Below the pieces are notes generated by a model, which saw only the letters and a program-made list of their open reading frames with translations, did no database searches and was not told the DNA's origin. The position numbers were made by a program, and so were the translations under genes. This document shows positions 25,819 through 32,700 of a DNA stretch of 55,730 nt, one piece after another; the stretch's first letter is position 1, and each line of letters begins with the position of its first letter. Where the stretch lies: contig CAZDHT010000004.1 in the NCBI GenBank assembly GCA_964505325.1, positions 1 to 55,730 on the forward strand, read 5' to 3'. Source of the stretch: an uncultured Planctomycetota bacterium (lineage in GTDB: Bacteria; Planctomycetota; PUPC01).

Positions 25819-26240
25819 TGACGAACAGAGACCCGGACTGCATTTTCTGCAAGATCGTGGCAGGCGAACTGCCCAGCGAGAAGGTGTATGAGGACGACCG
25901 CGTGCTGGCGTTCCTCGACATCACGCCCACCACCCGCGGCCATACCCTCGTCATCCCGAAACACCACTACGCGGACCTTTCCTCCACGCCGGTGCATGTT
26001 CTGCAGGACGTGGTGGCGGTCCTGCCGAAGGTGGCCAAGGCTGCGGTGGAGGCGACCGGGGCCGACGGTTTCAACGTCCTCCAGTCCAACCGCTCCTGTG
26101 CCGGCCAGTGCGTCTTCCACATCCATTTCCACATTGTGCCGCGCCGGGAAGGCGATGGCATCGGGTTGGGGTTTCGACAGACCGAGCCCGCCAAGGACGA
26201 CCTAAGCAAGACGGCGGAGGCGATCCGCGCGGCTCTGTAG
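25818..26240 (+). CDS. HIT-family nucleotide hydrolase
   Basis: CIFCKIVAGE...HIHFHIVPR histidine triad. ATGA overlap with the tilS stop. Confidence 0.9.
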   Translation: MTNRDPDCIFCKIVAGELPSEKVYEDDRVLAFLDITPTTRGHTLVIPKHHYADLSSTPVHVLQDVVAVLPKVAKAAVEATGADGFNVLQSNRSCAGQCVFHIHFHIVPRREGDGIGLGFRQTEPAKDDLSKTAEAIRAAL

Positions 26241-26255
26241 CACACGGGAAGTCCG

Positions 26256-27659
26256 ATGGCCGCAAAGAAATCATCCCTGCGACGGCGTTCGCTGCACGTG
26301 GTGATCGTGCTGCTGGTGTTCTACCCGATCGTTGTCTACATCTATTCCCAATCGGTGAACCGCGCCACCGCCGACGACATCGTCCTGCGGAACATCGACG
26401 ACGGGCTCCGCTACTGCTTTGACGTGAAGGCCGCCATCGAAGAGCTCCTGGAACTGCCCGAGGACAGCCCCATTGAACAGGACCACACCCTGGAACGGCT
26501 GAGGTACAAGCTGGAAGGGGACGCGTTCGAACGCAGACTGGAGGGACTTCTGTACCGGGGCGGAGTGACCGAGACGTTGGTCAGGTTCACCCAGATTTAC
26601 GACGGTGACGTCCGCCGTCTGCACTGGGGCCAGGAGCTGCCGGGGAAGATTCTGGATGATGTTGTGGTCAAGCGAGGGGAGCGCATTGACCGCGCGGCCC
26701 TGCGCGAGCGGGTGTTTCAGGTGACCTCGCGGGGCACGGCCCCGGGGACGTGCCGGATCACACTCCCGTTGGATCTGCCCGGCAAGCGGTCCTGCCGGCT
26801 GGTCGTGGGGCTGGTTTCACCCAACATCGGCTCGTATCTGGGCGCGCTTTCCGAGAAGCTGAGCATGCGGGCGCTGCGCCTGTCGCTGTTCGGTACGTCG
26901 TTGCTCGCCCTGCTCGCGGTGTACATCGTCTATCTCAACGACCGGACCCGCGAGCTGGAGCTGAAGCTCGAAGAAGAGAAGCGGCTGGCCTACGTGGGGA
27001 CCATCGCCGCCGGCATGGCGCACGAGATTCGCAACCCGCTCAGCTCGGTCAAGATGAACATCCAGATGATCGAGGATCGGCTGAGCGAGTTCGGCGAAAC
27101 GGAAAGCAAATACCTGATGAACAAGGTCGTCCGCATCCACCGCGAGACGGCGCGCCTGGAGGAATCGGTGAACAACTTTCTCGCGTTCGCCCGGCCGAAG
27201 CCATTGGAGCGCCGATGGGCCAACCTGAACCAGGCGATCGACAACGTCATCGAGTTCCTCGAGCCGGCCTGCATGAACGACGGCATCCGGATCGTCCGCG
27301 ACTACGCGCCCGACCTGCCGCAGGCGTACATCGACCCCGATCAGCTCGGCCAGGCGGTGGAGAACCTGGTTCGCAACGCGCAACAGGCCACCGGCAAGGA
27401 CGGCATCATCGAGATCTACACCGGCCGCCATGACGACCACCTCGAGATCCGCGTCTCGGACGACGGCCCCGGGATTCCGGCCGAGGACCAGGGCAACATC
27501 TTCGAGATATTCTTCACGACCAAGGAGGCGGGCAGCGGGCTGGGGCTGACCATCGTCAAGCAGATCGCCGAAGCGCACGGCGGCGGTGTTTCGTTCGATA
27601 CGATCGAGAAGCGCGGCACGACGTTCACCATCGGCCTCCCGGTCCGGGAAGCGCACTAA
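26256..27659 (+). CDS. membrane sensor histidine kinase (HisKA + HATPase_c)
   Basis: N-terminal TM segment, second TM segment, H-box GMAHEIRNPLSS, N/G boxes (NLVRNAQQA, DDGPGI, GSGLGLTIV). Confidence 0.9.
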   Translation: MAAKKSSLRRRSLHVVIVLLVFYPIVVYIYSQSVNRATADDIVLRNIDDGLRYCFDVKAAIEELLELPEDSPIEQDHTLERLRYKLEGDAFERRLEGLLYRGGVTETLVRFTQIYDGDVRRLHWGQELPGKILDDVVVKRGERIDRAALRERVFQVTSRGTAPGTCRITLPLDLPGKRSCRLVVGLVSPNIGSYLGALSEKLSMRALRLSLFGTSLLALLAVYIVYLNDRTRELELKLEEEKRLAYVGTIAAGMAHEIRNPLSSVKMNIQMIEDRLSEFGETESKYLMNKVVRIHRETARLEESVNNFLAFARPKPLERRWANLNQAIDNVIEFLEPACMNDGIRIVRDYAPDLPQAYIDPDQLGQAVENLVRNAQQATGKDGIIEIYTGRHDDHLEIRVSDDGPGIPAEDQGNIFEIFFTTKEAGSGLGLTIVKQIAEAHGGGVSFDTIEKRGTTFTIGLPVREAH

Positions 27660-27668
27660 CGAGGACAC

Positions 27669-29054
27669 ATGAGCGACTTCAGCACCGCGAACGAACGCAC
27701 CGTTCTAGTCGTGGACGACGATCGCACCGGCCGCGAGACGCTGGCCGAGGCGGTGAGCGAAATGGGCTACGAGGTCGCATCGGCGGCGGCCGGGCCCGAA
27801 GCGCTGGACATCCTCCGCCAGCGCGAGATCGACATCGTGCTGACTGATCTCAAGATGCCCGGAATGGACGGGCTTGAACTGCTGACCCGCGCCAAGCGAA
27901 TCCGCCCGGACGCGTTCGTTATCCTCGTCACCGCGTTCGCCACGGTCGACACCGCCGTCGAGGCGATGAAGAAAGGCGCCTACGACTACGTCATGAAGCC
28001 CATCGACCTGCGCAGGCTCCGCGTGCTGCTCGACCGGGCCAGTCACTCGCGCGACCTGCTCATCGAGAATGAACTGCTCAAGGATCAGCTCGGCGAGAAG
28101 TATGACTTCTCGAACATCATCGGCCGCAGTTCGGTGATGAAGAACGTGTACGAACGGATTCGGCAGGTCGCCAACACGCGGGCGGTCGTGCTGATCGAGG
28201 GAGAAAGCGGCACCGGCAAGGAACTGGTGGCCAACGCGATTCACATGAACTCCGACCGTCGCGACCAGCCGTTCATCAAGGTCAACTGCGCCGCTCTGCC
28301 GGCGACGTTGCTGGAGAGCGAGCTGTTCGGCCACGAGCGCGGCTCGTTCACCGGGGCGTTCGAACAGCGCAAGGGCCGGTTCGAACTGGCGGACGGCGGG
28401 ACCTTGTTCCTCGACGAGATCGCCGACCTGTTACCTGGGACCCAGGTGAAGTTGCTGCGCGTGTTGCAGAACTACGAGTTCGAGCGGGTCGGCGGCACGG
28501 AAACTCTCCGTGTCGACGTGCGCACCATTGCCGCCACCAACGCCGACCTGGCGGAGCGGGTCAAACAGGGCCGGTTCCGCGAGGACCTGTACTACCGGCT
28601 GCACGTGGTGCCCCTGAACCTGCCGCCCTTGCGCGAGCGACCCGAAGACATCCCGCTGCTCGTGTCGCACTTCGTGAAGCACTACGCAGAGCGGAACAGC
28701 AAGGACGTTCGCGGCGTCTCGGCGGAGGCGATGAACACGCTCACCACGTATTCCTGGCCGGGCAACGTGCGCGAGCTTCAGAACTGCGTCGAGAACATGG
28801 TCGTGATGTCGGGAAGCACGATGCTCGGGCCGGAGCTGCTGCCGACGGAGATGCAGCAGACCACGGTTGCCAGCGACCAGATCGGCTTCCCCATCGGCCT
28901 GTCGATGCGGCAGATCGAGGAGAAGGCCATCCGCGAGACCTTGGCCTCGGTCGGCGGCAACCGCAAGCGCGCCGCCGGCATCCTGGGGATCAGCCTCCGC
29001 ACCCTGCACCGCAAGATCATCGAGTACGGCATCGACCGGATACACAAAGGGTGA
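27669..29054 (+). CDS. sigma-54-dependent response regulator (NtrC family: REC + AAA+ + Fis-type HTH)
   Basis: REC (VLVVDDD...DLKMPGMDG), Walker A GESGTGKE, GSFTGA (GAFTGA-type sigma-54 contact loop) and a C-terminal HTH (KRAAGILGISLRTLHRKI). Confidence 0.92.
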   Translation: MSDFSTANERTVLVVDDDRTGRETLAEAVSEMGYEVASAAAGPEALDILRQREIDIVLTDLKMPGMDGLELLTRAKRIRPDAFVILVTAFATVDTAVEAMKKGAYDYVMKPIDLRRLRVLLDRASHSRDLLIENELLKDQLGEKYDFSNIIGRSSVMKNVYERIRQVANTRAVVLIEGESGTGKELVANAIHMNSDRRDQPFIKVNCAALPATLLESELFGHERGSFTGAFEQRKGRFELADGGTLFLDEIADLLPGTQVKLLRVLQNYEFERVGGTETLRVDVRTIAATNADLAERVKQGRFREDLYYRLHVVPLNLPPLRERPEDIPLLVSHFVKHYAERNSKDVRGVSAEAMNTLTTYSWPGNVRELQNCVENMVVMSGSTMLGPELLPTEMQQTTVASDQIGFPIGLSMRQIEEKAIRETLASVGGNRKRAAGILGISLRTLHRKIIEYGIDRIHKG

Positions 29055-29177
29055 TCGCCATTCACCACGAGCGCGCCGGGAGCAAGAAGGAAAAGACCGG
29101 CCCCAAGGCGCCAGCGTGACGGCCTGGCCTGCCATAAGTGAGGCGATTGGCCCCGGTGGAGCAACCGCCAGTTCGAA

Positions 29178-29252
29178 TGACCCCGACGGGATTCGAACCC
29201 GTGTTACCGGCGTGAAAAGCCGATGTCCTAGGCCAGGCTGGACGACGGGGCC
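29178..29252 (-). tRNA. tRNA-Glu (anticodon UUC)
   Basis: 75-nt cloverleaf folded by hand: acceptor GGCCCCG/CGGGGTC, D arm GTCC/GGAC, anticodon loop TTTTCAC, T arm ACGGG-TTCGAAT-CCCGT. CCA is not encoded. Confidence 0.9.
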
Positions 29253-29283
29253 AGCAAGGAATGTCTGCCGGAACGTCCCGCGT

Positions 29284-29312
29284 AGTCTACCCGAAAACGC
29301 CGCAAATCTCAA
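29284..29312 (-). promoter_or_regulatory. sigma-70-type promoter candidate for tRNA-Glu
   Basis: Minus strand: TTGAGA, 17 nt, TAGACT, with the -10 about 32 nt upstream of the mature tRNA 5' end. Confidence 0.5.
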
Positions 29313-29351
29313 GACCCAACAGGCGAGCGAAACACGGGGAGAGAACGAAGC

Positions 29352-29476
29352 TCTGTCTGACAATTGGGCAGACAGGAAGGGACTCCGCCGAAGCGGCTAT
29401 GTCCCTCTCGCGAAGGCGGATGTCTGCCCCACCATCCTGGCTAACTTGAGGGGTGGGGCAGGCATTCTTGCCTGCC
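29352..29476 (-). repeat. GC-rich multi-hairpin repeat, copy A (REP/BIME-like or small structured RNA)
   Basis: A 58-nt core is identical to 51151-51208, in inverted orientation. It contains GGGAC-ATAG-CCGC-TTCG-GCGG-A-GTCCC, the outer stem GGGCAGACA/TGTCTGCCC and the hairpin GGCAGGCA-AGAA-TGCCTGCC. Confidence 0.8.
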
Positions 29477-29850
29477 AAACCAGCCCCAACCAAGCACAGG
29501 CCATTTGCCGGACAGAGAGCAGCAAGGGGGAGGGAAGCGCCTGAACGGGACCGCACTCGTGGCCCCGCTGCAGCGCTCCTCCTTCGCTGCGCTCCCGTGT
29601 GCTGTGTGCCGGACGTTGCGGGCCTGCACCGGCCGAGGCCCGGCGGGCGTTGCGGGAAAACATCACGCCTAACTCGCTACGTAGCAAAGGCTTATGGGGA
29701 GGCCTCGGTTTCGGGGCGGGTCAGCGTTGCGTTAACGCGACATGGTGACGGGCGCAGATCAGCCCTCTGCAAAAGGCCTGTGTCGCATAAACCGCTGGTA
29801 AACAATCACTTACAGACGATCTCAGCCGTCCGGGCAGATTTCTGTGCTTT

Positions 29851-29866
29851 TGGCATGCCATTTGCT
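29851..29866 (+). promoter_or_regulatory. sigma-54 (-24/-12) promoter
   Basis: TGGCATG-CCAT-TTGCT versus consensus TGGCACG-N4-TTGCW. The GG and GC are correctly spaced. It lies 104 nt upstream of the small ORF and about 800 nt from the sigma-54 activator gene. Confidence 0.6.
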
Positions 29867-29969
29867 CCTGTGCCTACCGAAAGCCGCTCAAGGAAGGGCG
29901 GCGGATGGGCTGATTCGGAGAGACAAGAGGCGTGCGTGGTGCGCGCTGGAAGTCTGGGAGATAAGGGCG

Positions 29970-30134
29970 ATGAAGCGGCACGGTCACTGCAAGCACGAGC
30001 GAACGAGATTTCATTCCATCCAGCGGCTGGGGGATCAGCCGGCGATCGAGCTGCGGCAATGCCTGCTCTGCGACAGCACCATCGCGGTCCGCATAGCCGA
30101 GCCGGCCGCAGCCGGCGTCGCCGCGAGTCATTAA
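29970..30134 (+). CDS. 54-aa CxH...CxxC zinc-ribbon-like protein, family copy A
   Basis: MKRHGHCKHERTRFHSIQRLGDQPAIELRQCLLCDSTIAV.... Paralogous to 53336..53503 and 55278..55439, and flanked by its own promoter and terminator. Confidence 0.65.
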   Translation: MKRHGHCKHERTRFHSIQRLGDQPAIELRQCLLCDSTIAVRIAEPAAAGVAASH

Positions 30135-30161
30135 CGGCTGCATTGTCAGAACTTGTCCGTC

Positions 30162-30199
30162 ACGATGCCGCGTTCTTTGATGCGGCATCGTTCTGTTTT
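30162..30199 (+). terminator. intrinsic terminator
   Basis: 10-bp stem ACGATGCCGC/GCGGCATCGT with a 10-nt loop, followed by TCTGTTTT. Confidence 0.65.
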
Positions 30200-30242
30200 G
30201 GCCTTGATCGCTCCCCAACCCCACGTCGCGACCCGTAATTCA

Positions 30243-30271
30243 TTGACTACCGCCCGCACGGCCAATATAAT
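30243..30271 (+). promoter_or_regulatory. near-consensus sigma-70 promoter for the FHA-GT2 operon
   Basis: TTGACT, 17 nt, TATAAT, about 65 nt upstream of the 30337 start. Confidence 0.6.
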
Positions 30272-30336
30272 CGCAGTAATACGGGACGTCCGGCTCAGCC
30301 TGTTTCGGTCGCACCGCGACCGGGACCCGCGGAGGC

Positions 30337-32700
30337 ATGATGAAGGCAGTTTTGACCGTCACCGGCGGTCCTCAACGCAGCCGCCAGTGGACGATAGACT
30401 CGGACGAACCGTTGACCATCGGGCGAGGCAGCGACGCTGACCTCGTCCTTCTCGACTCCGAAATCTCCCGTTCCCACTGCCGGGTCTCGTGCACCGACGG
30501 CCGCTGGCACATCGAGGATAACAGCAGCCTGAACGGCGTGTTCGTTAATGGCCGAAAGGTCGCAGAAGACGAGCTCCGACACGGGGACACGATCCGCGTC
30601 GGCAGCACCGGCCTCCGCTTCGATATCGCCGCCGAAGCAGTCGTCGAGCGGGCGCCGGAGGTGCCCGTCGCCACGGGCACGTGCAGCCGCTGCGGCCGCG
30701 AGATCCCGTCCGATTCAGAGACCTGCCCGGTGTGCGGCAGGAAGGCGCCTTTCGAGGCTCTCGGCGTAGCAGAGGAGTTGACGCAGCCAGCGGCGCTCAA
30801 GGAAGAGCCGGTGAGGTTGGGCGAGCCGCGCAGACCGGCCGCTCCTCCCGAGGTCGTCGCGGCGCCCCGGGTCGTCCGCATCGAACAAGAAAACACGGTG
30901 CAGGAGTTCATCGAGAGGCACCCGCACGACACCTCGAACATCGTCCTCACCCGCAGGCAGAAGCTGTGGTATCTGCTGGTCATCGCGGCGTTCATTCTGC
31001 TGCTGAACGTGGACTACCTCTACTTCCTCCAGGTCGTTCATCTGCTGTGCATGTTCTACCTGGTGGTCATCGCGTACAAACTGGTCACCATCTTTCTCTC
31101 CGTCGTCAAGAAGTGGGAAATACAGGTCCAGCCCCACGAGATCGCCGCGTTCAAAGACGCTGAGCTGCCGATGTACACCATCCTGGTGCCGCTGTACAAA
31201 GAGACCGAGGTGGTCAACAAAATCGTCCGGCACATCTCCGAGTTCGACTATCCGAAGGACAAGCTGGACGTGAAGATATTGCTTGAGCCCGACGATCCGG
31301 GGACGCTGGAAGCCATCCAGCAGACTGGGCTGCCGGGCTTCTGCGAGGTCATCGTGTGTCCGGACTCGAAGCCGAAGACGAAGCCGAAGGCCTGCAACCA
31401 CGGCCTGGCGCGCGCTCGCGGCAGGTATACGGTCATCTACGACGCCGAGGACCGGCCGGAGCCCGACCAACTCAAGAAGGCGGTGGCGGGATTCCGCAAG
31501 GCCGAGGAGCGGTGGGAGAAGGGCCGCTGGCTCCGGCGCCTCAATCCGTTCGCCCGGGCCGAGGGCGGCCGCCCGGTGTGCCTGCAGGCGAAGCTCAACT
31601 ACTACAACCCGGACCAGAACCTGCTGACACGCTGGTTCACCATCGAGTACGCCACGTGGTACCAGCTTTACCTCCCCGGCTTGCACGCGCTGCGGGCGCC
31701 GATCCCGTTGGGAGGAACGTCGAACCACTTCCGCACCGACATGTTGCAGGAGATCGGCGGGTGGGATCCGTTCAATGTAACCGAAGACTGCGACCTGGGC
31801 ATCCGCATTCACAAGCTGGGCTATCGCACCCGGGTGCTCGACAGCACGACCTGGGAGGAGGCGAACTCCCAGGTCGGCAACTGGGTCCGGCAGCGGTCGC
31901 GCTGGGTGAAAGGGTACATCCAGACACATTTCACGCACATGCGCCATCCGTTGCGCACACTGTGGAAGTTGCACCCGTTGGGCATGTTCCACTTTCTCAA
32001 TTCCGTCGGCGGCCTGTCCGTCATGCTGCTGCTCAACCCCATCTTCTGGCTGAGTTCGCTCCTGTACGTCGGCCTGTTCACGATGGACCTTCACGAGCAC
32101 GGCTATTCGTTCGAAAAGGCGCTGGGTGTCGAAGAAGCTTTTCGGGACGCGACCGATCCGGACATCCCCGACCGGACCGTCCGGATACCGCATCCCAGCC
32201 GGTGGGCGTGGCCGATCATATGCGGCGCGCTGCCGGACGTGATGCCGCCCAAGGCAACGTGGAAGCAGAAGGTGTGGTCGGCGATCAAGGAGGACTGGCG
32301 TCACACGTGGCACGGGAGTTGGGCCCCGCCTCCGCCGCTTGAGAGCAGGGATTTCGCGGCAGGCGAGGGCCCGCTGATCAGCCCCCCGGCCTACGAGCAC
32401 GATCCGTGGCGCGAGATGTGGGCGCACCGGGGCTTTCATTTCTGGAACATGGCCTCCCAGGTCTTCTTCGTGGTAACCATCGTTCTCGTGGTTGGCAACT
32501 TCTTCTTCATGTTGATCCACGTCGTCGCGTGTCTCCGGGCGGGCATGCCGAAGATGATCCCCCTTGCCATTGTGATGCCGCTGTACTGGGTGCTGATCAG
32601 CGTGGGGGCGTGGAAAGGATTCCTGCAGTTGTTCCGGAGACCGTTCTACTGGGAGAAAACCCAGCACGGGCTGGACTTGAAGGCGGCGAAGGGCCAATGA
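30337..32700 (+). CDS. FHA domain + zinc ribbon + processive family-2 glycosyltransferase (cellulose/PNAG/chitin-synthase-like), polytopic membrane protein
   Basis: FHA: TIGRGSDADLVL.DSEISRSHCRV...NSSLNGVFVNG. CSRCG...CPVCG. GT2: ILVPLYKE, YDAEDRP, TEDCDLG, QRSRW (QxxRW). Multiple TM segments on both sides. Confidence 0.88.
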   Translation: MMKAVLTVTGGPQRSRQWTIDSDEPLTIGRGSDADLVLLDSEISRSHCRVSCTDGRWHIEDNSSLNGVFVNGRKVAEDELRHGDTIRVGSTGLRFDIAAEAVVERAPEVPVATGTCSRCGREIPSDSETCPVCGRKAPFEALGVAEELTQPAALKEEPVRLGEPRRPAAPPEVVAAPRVVRIEQENTVQEFIERHPHDTSNIVLTRRQKLWYLLVIAAFILLLNVDYLYFLQVVHLLCMFYLVVIAYKLVTIFLSVVKKWEIQVQPHEIAAFKDAELPMYTILVPLYKETEVVNKIVRHISEFDYPKDKLDVKILLEPDDPGTLEAIQQTGLPGFCEVIVCPDSKPKTKPKACNHGLARARGRYTVIYDAEDRPEPDQLKKAVAGFRKAEERWEKGRWLRRLNPFARAEGGRPVCLQAKLNYYNPDQNLLTRWFTIEYATWYQLYLPGLHALRAPIPLGGTSNHFRTDMLQEIGGWDPFNVTEDCDLGIRIHKLGYRTRVLDSTTWEEANSQVGNWVRQRSRWVKGYIQTHFTHMRHPLRTLWKLHPLGMFHFLNSVGGLSVMLLLNPIFWLSSLLYVGLFTMDLHEHGYSFEKALGVEEAFRDATDPDIPDRTVRIPHPSRWAWPIICGALPDVMPPKATWKQKVWSAIKEDWRHTWHGSWAPPPPLESRDFAAGEGPLISPPAYEHDPWREMWAHRGFHFWNMASQVFFVVTIVLVVGNFFFMLIHVVACLRAGMPKMIPLAIVMPLYWVLISVGAWKGFLQLFRRPFYWEKTQHGLDLKAAKGQ

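Noticed and set aside
29907-29919. GGGCTGATTCGGA resembling a tmRNA 5' end
   Set aside because: There is no tRNA-like 3' end (T arm plus ACCA), no tag reading frame and no pseudoknot series nearby. It lies in the leader of the small sigma-54-driven ORF.
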